The translations under genes were made by a program, and so were the position numbers. A stretch of DNA of 64,000 nucleotides. Source: Octopus bimaculoides (Eukaryota). The DNA is taken from positions 55,012,545-55,076,544 of the forward strand of contig NC_068994.1 in assembly GCF_001194135.2 (NCBI RefSeq). The letters are read 5' to 3'. The notes beneath the pieces are model-generated. The model was not told the origin of the DNA. It made no database searches and saw only the letters and a list, made by a program, of their open reading frames with translations. Positions 12,580-23,817 of the stretch are shown in pieces; the first letter of the stretch is position 1, and each line of letters begins with the position of its first letter.

Positions 12580-14253
12580 ATGAAGTTTGCTGTTACAAAA
12601 GCTGTTCTTTTCGTTTTTCTGATTCCAATTTTTGCATTGACCGTAACATGTCGTGTGTTGTCTTCCAGGGGACACGATCTTGTTGATTGGGAACATTCAC
12701 GGCTAGGGCCTCAAGATGGCCTCACTGAAGACGCTTATCGTCTTCGTCACCTTCCTTCACAGCCTGATGTCCCCAATGTTCCGTCATCATCTTCTTCTCT
12801 TTCTTCTCCTGTTAATCACCGACGGCGTTATCATCGCCAGAACCTCGATCACCACCAGGTGGAATCCCCGGAGGAGACTGTCAATGGAGAGTACGAAAAC
12901 GTCCAACAATGGGACGAAGAAGATCCGCAGTGTCGTCACAAAGAACAAATCCATGCGCGAAACGGAAAACACGCCCGACAAAGTCACGGGAAATCTATTC
13001 GGCGACGACAGAGGGAACGCCACGAACAGCGATCCGGGGAACGAAACCGGCGTCGACGCATAGAGCGTCTTGGTCAACGACTTAGAGGTCATCAGAGAGA
13101 ATTCTACAGGAAGCCGATGAAAGGGCTCAACCAGCACCAACACCGGCGAGGAAGGTTCGATGAGTATCATGGCTTAGAAATCACTGGACATCGAGAAGGA
13201 GATTTCGACGAGCTGCAACGTCTAGGAGGCTCTCAGCATCAAGAGGAAGATTTTTACGACTTACAGGCCGCCCAACACCAAGAGGGGGATTTTGACGAGC
13301 AGCCAGATTTAAGGGCCACTCAGCACCGAGAAGAAGATTATGATAAGCAGCAACGCTTCGATGCCCCTCGATACAGTGAGGGAGAGTTTTATGACTTAGA
13401 TGCCGCTCAGCATCAAGAAAGAGATTTTGACAAGCAGCAAAACTTAGGGGCTACTCAGCACCAAGACGAAGATTTTGACGAGAAGCAAGACTTAGGGGCT
13501 ACTTATCACCAAGATGGGGATTTTGACGAGCAGCAACACTTAGGGACTACTCAGCACCGAGACGAAGATTTCGACGAGCAGCAAGACTTAGGGGCCACTT
13601 ATCACCAAGATGAGGATTTTGACGAGCAGCAACACTTAAGGGCCACTCAGCACCGAGACGAAGATTTTGACGAGCAGCAAGAATTAGGGACCACTTATCA
13701 CCAAGATGGGGATTTTGACGAGCAGCAACACTTAGGGATCACTCAGCACCGAGACGAAGATTTTGACGAGCAGCAGCCCTTAGGTACGCCTCGATACCAT
13801 AACAGCGAGTTTTATGACTTAGAGGCACCTCACCACCGCGAAGGAGATTATGACGAACAACACAACTTAGGGGTCACTCAGCATCGAGAGGAAGATTTTG
13901 ATGAACAGCGAGACTTAGGGGCCACACAGCACCGATGGAGGGACCATGATGAACAGCAAGATTTATGGGCCACTGAACAAGAAAGAGAATTTCACGAACA
14001 TCCAGAATTAGGAACTGCTCAACACCAACAGGAAGAATTCCACGAAGAATTACTGACACAAGACTATGAGCTGCCAGGAAGGAACGCTAATATGGATGAA
14101 GATGAAAGTCAATATATTAGTGATATCAATAAAGAAGCTATGATGCCTACAGGTGAGGGAGTCCCCAGACTCCACAACCATCACCAACATCGTATTGACT
14201 ATGATAAACATCACCGTGTGACTGAGAGCTTGAATCATGTAAATATTGACTAG
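12580..14253 (+). CDS. Secreted 557-aa protein: signal peptide, Arg-rich block, and acidic His/Gln/Asp/Glu-rich tandem repeats; no recognised family
   Basis: Uninterrupted 1674-nt ORF in otherwise stop-rich DNA. ATG at 12580 in context GAACCATGA; the track start at 12556 is a TTG. The N-terminus MKFAVTKAVLFVFLIPIFALTVTC is signal-peptide-like. Codon-preserving 48-bp repeats; TAG stop at 14251-14253. Confidence 0.85.
   Translation: MKFAVTKAVLFVFLIPIFALTVTCRVLSSRGHDLVDWEHSRLGPQDGLTEDAYRLRHLPSQPDVPNVPSSSSSLSSPVNHRRRYHRQNLDHHQVESPEETVNGEYENVQQWDEEDPQCRHKEQIHARNGKHARQSHGKSIRRRQRERHEQRSGERNRRRRIERLGQRLRGHQREFYRKPMKGLNQHQHRRGRFDEYHGLEITGHREGDFDELQRLGGSQHQEEDFYDLQAAQHQEGDFDEQPDLRATQHREEDYDKQQRFDAPRYSEGEFYDLDAAQHQERDFDKQQNLGATQHQDEDFDEKQDLGATYHQDGDFDEQQHLGTTQHRDEDFDEQQDLGATYHQDEDFDEQQHLRATQHRDEDFDEQQELGTTYHQDGDFDEQQHLGITQHRDEDFDEQQPLGTPRYHNSEFYDLEAPHHREGDYDEQHNLGVTQHREEDFDEQRDLGATQHRWRDHDEQQDLWATEQEREFHEHPELGTAQHQQEEFHEELLTQDYELPGRNANMDEDESQYISDINKEAMMPTGEGVPRLHNHHQHRIDYDKHHRVTESLNHVNID
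13126..14049 (+). repeat. Coding tandem repeat: about 20 units of 48 bp (16 aa, consensus LG(A/T)T(Q/Y)H(Q/R)D(E/G)DFDEQQx) with three 39-bp (13 aa, ...FYD) variants
   Basis: Core units start at 13444, 13492, 13540, 13588, 13636, 13684, 13732 (exact 48-nt spacing). They alternate TQH and TYHQ types, giving a 96-bp higher-order period. Flanking units are degenerate. Confidence 0.95.
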
Positions 14254-14503
14254 CATATACACAAGGTAAGACAGCCCTTATTTTGATCTGTGTGTGCGTG
14301 TGTATGTGTGTGTGTGTAATTTAATTGAGGAAAAGAAGTCAATCGCTATTACGATTTAAAAAAAAAACACATTTTTGTTTGTCTTGTTTACACGCAAAAC
14401 CCTCACAACAACACACACACGCACACACGTTATTTGTTTTGTCCTGTTCTGTCCATAATGGTTTTCTTAATGTAAACCCTTGTGGTTAATAAAGAAATCA
14501 TCA

Positions 14504-14558
<55 letters not shown>

Positions 14559-14596
14559 AGCGAGCTGAATTCTTTATTACAGGCACAAGGCCTATC

Positions 14597-14810
14597 AAGG
14601 CGGCGAGCTGGCAGAATCGTTAGCACGCTGGGCTAAATGCATAGCGGTATTTCGTCTGTCGCTAATGTTTTGAGTTCAAATTCCGCCGAGGTCGACTTTG
14701 CCTTTCATCCTTTCGGGGTCGATAAATTAAGTACCAGTTGCGTACTGAAGTCGATCTAATCGACTAGCCCCTTCCCCCAAAATTTCGGGCCTTGTGCCTA
14801 GAGTAGAAAA
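14597..14810 (+). mobile_element. SINE family 2 (central GCCTTTCATCCTTTCGGGGTCGATAAATTAAGTACCAG, Deu/Nin-domain-like); many copies
   Basis: Related copies at about 29458-29610, 34686-34900, 36320-36465, 40355-40915 (three), 42095-42290, 46930-47265 (two), 51460-51570, 53160-53350, 61485-61700. The Nin/Deu assignment is from memory of the motif. Confidence 0.8.
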
Positions 14811-15896
14811 CATTTCGATAGGCATGTAGATGCCTTTGAAGTAAACAAATAAATGACATCGATTCATAGTTAAATTAATTTATTTACTGTACTTGCATTT
14901 GCCTTTGGTATACAATATTCTTCACTACACGTAATTGTTGACAACTGCTACGAGTTGCTAATAATGGAAATAGGGCACATCTCTGGAGGTGATATGTCTG
15001 ATCTGAATATGTTTGTGTGTGTGCGCGCGTCGTTCATCTGAGAAAAACAGTCTGCCAAAGCCTTTCTTGTCTCCGTCCTAGGCAACCACTGTGGCAGCTA
15101 GAAGGACAGACATACTGCAACAGAGATTGTGCCGAAATAGGTCAGCTCCTGTCCATTTGGACTTCGCCTGACATGGCTGAGGTCGTCGGTCAAAGGGAGA
15201 TAATTCATCATTTTTTTTTGACAAGACAAAGAGAACCTTTTTTCGTGCCTGTTGATCGTGGTGGTTTGGGCAACCGAGAATCCTTAGATTCGGTTTCGAA
15301 TCTAAGTTTGGAGAAGAAAGTGTTCATTTTTACACATGTGTGTGTGTGTGTGTGTGCGTGTGTATGTATATATGTGCGTGTGTATAAATATGCGTAAGTG
15401 TATATTGGCATTTCTTTTTCCATTCTTTAACTTGTTTTAGTCAATACACTGCGGCCATGCTGGGGTACCACCTTGATGGCTTTAGTCGATCAAATCGATG
15501 CCAAGACTTACTTAAAAAAAAAATCTGTTGCTTGTTTAAATCTGAACTTTGTTCGCCAAATTGCTAAGTTATGGTATTATAAATACCCACCCCACTCCAG
15601 CCACACACACACACACACACGACAGATACGACTGGCTTCTACACAATTTCCACCTTCGAAATTCGTTCGCAAGTCATCAATCATGGGCTGGAATGTATTT
15701 GATCGTTAGTCTTACTCGGTCAGAGATAACAGCTGGCTAATCAAACAGCAGCAACCGAGAAGAACATTCTGGAACAGATTAAAAACATTTTAAATAGGAT
15801 GGGTTAATAGTTTCCAAATCTTGTGACTGTCTAATTGGGGTTATTAAGAGGGCTTTATAATTATTCAGGGCAACAAAACAAACCGTTTAATGCGAA

Positions 15897-15969
<73 letters not shown>

Positions 15970-16036
15970 AAAACATGTACTCTTCCAGTGCATGATAAAT
16001 ATCATTTAATATACACAGTATTTAAATAAGAGTTAT

Positions 16037-16404
16037 GCATGGCCTAGTGGTTAGGGGTGGTTAGGGCAGCGGACTCGCGGTCATAGGATCGCGGTTTCGA
16101 TTCCCAGACCGGGCGTTGTGAGTGTTTATTGAGCGAAAACACCTAAAAACTCCACGAGGCTCCGGCAGGGGATGGTGGCGAACCCTGCTGTACTCTTTCA
16201 CTACAACGTTCTCTCACTCTTCCTGTTTCTGTTGTGCCTGTATTTCAAAGGGGCTAGCCTTGTCACGCTGAATATCCCCGAGAACTACGTTAAGGGTACA
16301 CGTGTCTGTGGAGTGCTCAACCACTTGCACGTTAATTTCACGAACAGGCTGTTCTGTTGATCGGATCAACTGGAACACTCGTCGTCGTGACTGACGGAGT
16401 GCCA
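16037..16404 (+). mobile_element. tRNA-derived SINE family 1 copy
   Basis: Colinear with 8911-9291. Confidence 0.85.
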
Positions 16405-16629
16405 ATGCCATTTATACTCTTAGTTCCGTACTGTGAAAACACAATAAACTAGCAAGCTTTATATATCATGCCTTGTGATATTACAGGCTCTAATATACAT
16501 CATGCCTGTACATTTGAGTCTGTAAGATGGTTTTTAAATTCAAGGCTTGATGTAGTTTATTGTGTTCTGACAGCATGATACAAATAGCTCATATCTAAAT
16601 ACGGTGTATAATGCTATTTATAATTATAT

Positions 16630-17040
16630 AGGCGCAAGAGTGGCTGTGTGGTAAGAAGCTTGCTTCCCAACCACATTGTTCTAAGTTCAGTCCCACTGCG
16701 TAGCACCTTGGGCAAGTGTCTTCTATAGCCTCGGACCAACCAAAGCCTTGTGAGTGGATTTGGTAGACGTAAACTGAAAGAAGCCCGTCGTATGTATATA
16801 TATATAGATAGATATATGTGTGTGTGTGTGTGTGTGTGTCTGTGTTTGTCCTCCCACCATCGCTTGACAACCGATATCGGTGTGTTTACGTCTGCGTAAC
16901 TTAACAGTTCTGCCAAAAGAGACCGATGTAATAAGTACTAGGCTTACAAAGAATAAGTCCTGGGGGTCGATTTGTTCGACTAAAGGCGGTGCTTCAGCAT
17001 GGCCACAGTCAAATGACTGAAACAAGTAAAATAATAAAAG
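16630..17040 (+). mobile_element. SINE family 3 (tRNA-like head, internal (TG)n, tail ending AATGACTGAAACAAGTAAAA)
   Basis: Full reverse copy at 11049-11460. Partial copies at about 3080-3300, 6200-6520, 15400-15680, 38700-38850, 39850-40000, 44715-44915, 54520-54680, 55860-56000, 58105-58265. Confidence 0.8.
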
Positions 17041-17678
17041 AATGTGTGTGTGTGTGTGTGTGTTTCTTTGTTCTGATGGTAATCTGAATTTAATATTTGT
17101 CTCTCAATATATTTTCTTTTCAGATGCTGTGTCCTTGAAAGTAATACAAAGGATTATTACATTCTTCAAGTTACTAGTGGTTTCACCTATTGTTTCATTC
17201 ATTACCTGCCTATATCATGAGTTAAATCTGCAACTGAACGTCCGTCCAATCTATTTGTCATAATCGGCTGAATCTATCTTCAAAACACTTGTGTTGACAT
17301 CTGCTTGAATCAACATCTCTTGGTATCTGTACAACACATCAAGTTAAATTTGACCGCTGAATATTTGCAGACTTCAACATATGAAACACTTTGCTTGATA
17401 TACCTGACTAAAATTCACCTGCTTGATATATATGTGTATCAAGGTCTATGGTGGTTAACATCAGCCTTGGAGGATCTTCAAAAGTCTTGGAATAACACTA
17501 ACTGTTTCCTTTCTTGTGTTCCTTTGCCCAAACCATGAAAAGACAGCCTGGATCTTTTTATATGTCTAATAAAATTGACCGTTATATAACAGCGTAAACA
17601 GCAATTTACATTTATTTCTTCCGTTTTAAATAGATGTTGAATTTATCTGTTCGATCAATCTGTCAAAACCACAGCCAT

Positions 17679-17737
<59 letters not shown>

Positions 17738-18284
17738 CATACATGCATACATACATACATACATACATACATACATAGTTGCCTAAAAATCTATGAGTAA
17801 AAAACAACTGTCATATTTCGATTAATAAAGTGGGTATAGCAACTTTACTAATCAATATGATATCAGGAGCTGAGATAACTTGGTAATCATCAGAAAATGG
17901 TATCCACATACACGTTAGAGGGAAAGCATAATAGACAGAAGAGAAAAAGGAGAAGAAAAGGGAGGAGACTGAGGTGGGAGGCGAAAAAGAGAGGGACTAT
18001 ATGACAAAGATGTGAGGGGAGAAGTTTCACGTATGAGAAATATGTTTTGATTTTATTTTAAAGTGAGAAATTTTAATTTCTTTCTTTTGAAAGTTAGCAT
18101 TCATCTCATGGTTTTGTCTCAGCAGCAAGAAATTTGATGGTAAAAGTTAAATCATAATCATTGAATGGATATCATATCTCCTGACATAAACTCATAGTGG
18201 CAAAAGTCTACGTCCAGAGTTACTCGTCATACGACGGGTAACACTTCAGGATGTCTACTAAGCCAGTCATCATTATTATGTATA

Positions 18285-18483
18285 TACGAAGGAGAACTGA
18301 AACGTTCCTGGCTTTAAGGGTCGCGCGAAAGGCCTGGTTGGTGCTTATGAAATAAGCAAATAACAAAACTTCACAATAAGTGTGTGAATCTGAGCGAGGA
18401 ATATGTTGTATAAAATCGTAATTAGCTGATCCTCTTGTATTTTCTTTTATTCAACGCCAGAAACTTTTCATCACCCCATCGTG
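18285..18483 (+). mobile_element. Mariner-derived MITE (TIR about TACGAGGGGGTGCTGAAAAGTTCCTGGCTT)
   Basis: Imperfect TIRs at both ends. Homologous to 36075-36295 (-) and 41546-41766 (+). Confidence 0.7.
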
Positions 18484-20399
18484 TGTGTGTGTATATATAT
18501 ATGGCGGACGGAAAACAAGACNNNNNNNNNNNNNNNNNNNNNNNNNNNNNNNNNNNNNNNNNNNNNNNNNNNNNNNNNNNNNNNNNNNNNNNNNNNNNNN
18601 NNNNNNNNNNNNNNNNNNNNNNNNNNNNNNNNNNNNNNNNNNNNNNNNNNNNNNNNNNNNNNNNNNNNNNNNNNNNNNNNNNNNNNNNNNNNNNNNNNNN
18701 NNNNNNNNNNNNNNNNNNNNNNNNNNNNNNNNNNNNNNNGAAGAACGTATATATATACATGTACATATATATGCATATACTCATATATTGTTTATATATA
18801 TATATATATATATATATAGTGAAGAGAATTTACAAAAAACAAAAGACGAAGACGGGTGTGTAAACAACAAATAGATGTATTAGTTTAACGCTCGGGAAGT
18901 GAGAAAGTCTTTTACGTTTCGAGCCTACGCTCTTCGACAGAAAGGAACACAGAAATAAACAGGGAGAGAAAATAGAAAAGGTTTAGGGGCTGGCGATACA
19001 CACATACATAATTTTCTTTGAAAATATCAATAAATGTAAACGCTATTAAGAGTGTTGCGTTATCCTTCTGATTAAATACAATTTTACATTAAAAAAAAAA
19101 AAAACAATGTTTCGTGTGTGAAAGCGTATGGCCTGGTGGTTAAGGTGTTACACTCACGATCGCAAGATCATGGTTTCGATTCCTAGATCGGCAGTGCATT
19201 GAGCTCTTGAGCAAAGGACATAATTTAACGGTGCTTTGCTCTACTCAGCTATAAATGGACAGCCCGGAGACAGACTGGCGTGCGCACACACACAACGGGT
19301 TTTCGCAGTTCTCGTCAGGGAGATTCTATTCAGAATCTATTATCAACCTAGTGACACGTTAAAAGACATTTGCTCTAAAACGTTCCACGTAAAGGGATCG
19401 AACCCGGAACAGCCCAGTCAGTATTGTATCGTGGTTGCGAAGCGAACTTCTTAACCGCACAGCTATACCAACCTATCTTCTCACTGGCAAGATGATGTTA
19501 TCTTATAAACATGAAGGTCATCTCTCTTTGTTTAGTTTCAATAACATTTCGTTCGTAGTTACTGCATTCTCATTATCTTCTCATTAATATTCTACTCTAA
19601 ATTAAAGCTAACTTAATTCTAGTCATATCCTAAATCTAGGATTTTCAGATTGATAATTACACTGCCTTCTCTGCTCAAAAGAAAAAAAAAAGAAAAAAAA
19701 AAGAAAAGGAAAAACCGAAACGAATTTATGAACTCCACCTCCGTTATTCATGACAGCACTACATAGAATCTGCTTCCATACAGTTTAAAATTATCTTGAT
19801 TTTTGTAAACATGGCTGTTTGTCTAACACGGTTGTTCCCAAACTTTTTCGGGCTGCTACCCACTTGGCACCTTAGGCTGCATTCCTAGCGCACTCCCACT
19901 CACCACCTCAATCATAGGCCACTTACTGCAGCAAATTCAAAGCAACTGCACTTCACAAATAAAACTTAACCTAATTAACCCATTATTTTGTTGTTTTTAC
20001 ATTTATCACCCGCTTTTGGCCACCATAGAGAAAGCCTCTATTCCCTGAAGAAGCTTACTCCCTATTGCACAAACTTGACAAACGTCCTCCAGTTCTATTT
20101 TTCATCTATGCCCCTTCAGATTCACTTATCCAAAAATGAAAGAGAACGTTGACTTCGAAGTGATTTGAAATCACCGACTGAATAATAATATCAGGAAAAA
20201 AAGAAAACGAACAAACAGACAGCGATATGAATGTGAAAGGGTTCAGCTAAAGAAGAAAAAAATACGGTAAGGCCGCAGGAAAAAAGTTTTAGTGTGGTGG
20301 TCATTCGTTAATTCTTTTTTTGGTAGTATACAATAGCAGATAGGCTGCATGTGAAGACAAGAACGACTACACTAATATTTATTTGAGTTTTCATAGACA

Positions 20400-20800
20400 A
20401 AGTGCATTCCAAAAGTTTTGAACTTTTTCAGGAGAGACATTAATTTCAAAGAAGTACAAAATTCTAATATCCTTCAAAATAAGATCCTCTCACTTCAACA
20501 TACTTGTGCTCTAGACACTTCGTGAAGGCCTCTTAGAGGCCCTTCTCACAGCCTCCATCTTCTCCTTCAAGTGGGGAAGCAACCAAAAGTCACAAAGTCT
20601 GGTCTATAGGAAAGGTGAAGGACAGTTTTGATGTCCATCTCTGTCAAGTGTGGACTGGTACATTCTCCTGATGCAGGTTCTCTGGCCTTTTACGACGAAA
20701 TCCCTTCCTGAACTTCCTCAAAACTTCTACAAAATACTCTGTGTTGACCGTCTAACTAGAGGGAACCCAGTGGATGTAGAGAATGCCTTTGCTGTCGAAA
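20400..20800 (-). mobile_element. Degenerate mariner (DD34D-type) transposase fragment
   Basis: Minus strand reads FDSKGILYIHWVPSS*TVNTEYFVEVLRKFRKGFRRKRPE..LHQENVPVH / EMDIKTVLH.SYRPD..DFWL, with a stop and frameshifts. Confidence 0.75.
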
Positions 20801-20996
20801 CAGCAACCAACTATTGAAAAGGTTGCAAGACGCAACGAAAATTTTAGAAAAATAAAAAAGAAATAAGTGGAAATTTTACCGGTGAATGTGTTAAATTATA
20901 AGGCACCAAAAGAGAATGACTCATCCCAGACACAACAGTATATATATGTGATGTCTGACAGAACCGTACCAGTTAGGATAGATGAATATACAATGC

Positions 20997-21052
<56 letters not shown>

Positions 21053-21373
21053 GAAGAAAGACAGGTGGACAGACAGAAAACAGACAGACAGACAGACAGA
21101 CAGGCAAGTAAGCATATACAGACAGACAGGCAGACAGACAAACAGAAACAGTGACGTTAAGTCGCCGAACCGATTTTGTTATCTGACAATATGTTAAGAG
21201 TTTGTCATGCCATCCTCGTTAAGCCGTTTCCGTTCCCAAAGCACTTATTTATCAATAGTATTGTTCACTTAGTCCTAAGTGTTATAGTTTTCCTTTGCTG
21301 AGCAATGGCAAATGTGAGGAATTACCAATTTCTTTTCTAGGGAGCGCTGTTTGAGTTCAAGCCCAGCACGCAG

Positions 21374-21411
<38 letters not shown>

Positions 21412-21807
21412 TAGGACAATCAGTAAGTTGTCATAATAGAACTCAGAGTTTCAAATACCGAAGCTAAGAACTTCGAGGCATTTTCACTGGTTATTTAGAC
21501 GGGTCTATCGTCTATATATATACATATATNNNNNNNNNNNNNNNNNNNNNNNNNNNNNNNNNNNNNNNNNNNNNNNNNNNNNNNNNNNNNNNNNNNNNNN
21601 NNNNNNNNNNNNNNNNNNNNNNNNNNNNNNNNNNNNNNNNNNNNNNNNNNNNNNNNNNNNNNNNNNNNNNNNNNNNNNNNNNNNNNNNNNNNNNNNNNNN
21701 NNNNNNNNNNNNNNNNNNNNNNNNNNNNNNNNNNNNNNNNNNNNNNNNNNNNNNNNNNNNNNNNNNNNNNNNNNNNNNNNNNNNNNNNNNNNNNNNNNNN
21801 NNNNNNN

Positions 21808-22219
21808 GGGAAACAATCAAGAGTATTGAAAAGAAATTGGAGGTGTTTCAAAATAAATATTTACGAAAATTTTTGAAGGTCCGCTGGCTGAATACGATCT
21901 CGATTAGCCGACTACACGCCAAGGCTAACGTGAAACCAATGAGGGAAACTATTGAATCAAGGAGATGGAAATGGCTGGGTCGAGTTTGTCGCTATAAAGC
22001 GAACTCAGTTGTCAGGATTGCTTAGCAATGGGTTCCATGGAGTAAAAGAAGACGTGGTCGACCGAAGGAAACGTGGCCGAGAGCAATAAGAGATCTTAAA
22101 AGCAGATGGTTAACAATGGAACGAGCTGTCAAGGACGCTCACGGTGTTAGAAGGTGGCATGATCTTGCTGTCGCCTCAAGTTCCACAAGGCACAACGAGA
22201 ACCGATTGAATGAATGAAT
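21808..22219 (+). mobile_element. RTE-clade LINE 3' end (RT C-terminus plus (TGAA)n tail)
   Basis: EVFQNKYLRKFLKVRWLNTIS...IESRRWKWLGRVCR...IA*QWVPWSKRRRGRPKETW...; tail GATTGAATGAATGAAT. Confidence 0.8.
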
Positions 22220-22524
22220 ATGCATATATATGTATACACATGCATACATACATATGTATTTACACACACACACACACACATACACTCAATATACACCAAT
22301 CTGTTCAATTATACATATGTTCGACATGCTGTTTAATGTTTGCAAAATTTTCAAACCGAGTAATTTGATCCTAAGTTACGCAACATCGTGTAAAACATCA
22401 TTTTTACATTAGTTACATGACATCGCTTGAGATACATTTGTCAATATGTATCGATTTTTCTAGATATATATATTAGCTGTTTTCATCTCAGAACTCAGCA
22501 GTGTAGACGTCTTCATTCATAAAG

Positions 22525-22573
22525 ATGATCCGCAATCTCTTGGTACTTGCTTGTCTCGTCGCTGTGGTCTTTG
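22525..22573 (+). CDS. Signal-peptide exon of the pacifastin-like precursor ([16 protein letters not shown]|)
   Basis: Acceptor TTTTCATCTCAG ends at 22491. An in-frame TAG lies upstream of the ATG at 22525, followed by a hydrophobic core and a phase-1 donor G|GTAAGA at 22573/22574 that matches the phase-1 domain exons. Confidence 0.75.
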
Positions 22574-23367
22574 GTAAGAAACATTTATTATTATTATTAT
22601 TTCGTGTGAATAAGCGTGTATGTATGTATGTATGTATGTATGTATGTATGTATGTATGTATGTATGTATGTATGTATGTATGTATGTATGTATGATTCGA
22701 GCATGTAGATGATTTAGATCTCATATAGAAGCAGTTGTAGAAGCTGAAGGTGACTTTATTGAATAACATTTTAGAAAAGAGGGTTTATTTTTATCCTCAA
22801 CATTTTTTGATTAAGTTTTTATGTTATTATATACCCGTTTTTTTTTTAGAAACATAAATCTGTCCTCAAATATCTTATGCACCCTGTATATATATATATA
22901 AATATATATGTAGTGAAACTACCTTACATATATATATATATGTATGTATATATACACACACATTGAGAAAAATGTATACTAAAAATAAGATAAATATATA
23001 TAGGGAGGGAGAAAAAATGCACATATCGAGTAGAGGTCGGCAATGCCCCTGCAGAGTTTTAGGTCCAATAAGGCTTGCACAACACCTCATAGATCCACTC
23101 CACTTTATTGACATTATCCAGATACAAGCCAGAGCAAGATGTCTGGTGCCAATATGAGTCACATACATACATACATACATACATACATACATACATACAT
23201 ACATACATACATACATACAAACATTTATATATATATACGTGAGTCGTCTAAGAGACCATAAGTCAAGGAAAAAAGTTTATGTATTATCCGAAATGTATAG
23301 TATTAAATACCAATTACGGTTGGTAAGACCAGTCGTGATGGACATTCAATACTATACGTTTCAGATA

Positions 23368-23449
<82 letters not shown>

Positions 23450-23783
23450 GTACTCTGTTTTTAGCGCCATTGCATGGACGTCTGTCGTTGTCTTTTATTG
23501 AATGGGCCAATTTGATATCGTGACATCGTCGTTTCCGTTTGTCATGACATAGCCTCATCTCTCAGCACAGTGGAATATCCGGCAGTTTCTTATGCGCATT
23601 TACATTCACTCCTTCATACTGTCAAGTGTGTTGACCATTTTTTTTTATCGACTGGTTCCTGAACAGTCACGAATCTTCGAGCATCAACCTCTTTCAGTAA
23701 TCGGTCACTGATGCTATTTAATAGAGTCTAGTTCGAGAGACTGTAGTACATTCTGTACTAAATTTTGACTTTAGTCTTACCAA

Positions 23784-23817
<34 letters not shown>

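Noticed and set aside
13444-13779. Regularly spaced repeats as a CRISPR-like array
   Set aside because: The units are contiguous in-frame coding repeats with no unique spacers, in a eukaryotic context with no cas genes.
14245-14271. Single-base assembly error at the stop of the repeat ORF that would put the 14266 donor in phase 1 (…ID-LAYTQ|)
   Set aside because: It would need an indel within a 3-4-nt window (a TGA at 14247 blocks that frame upstream), and a dedicated pacifastin signal exon already exists at 22525. Raw reads would settle it; it is not supported by the sequence as given.
15017-15200. 115-126-aa ORF and a minus-strand GFGRLFFSDE motif resembling a Tc1 first-Asp motif
   Set aside because: An in-frame stop lies immediately upstream and no further transposase motifs are recognisable. 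Too weak to call as a gene or TE.
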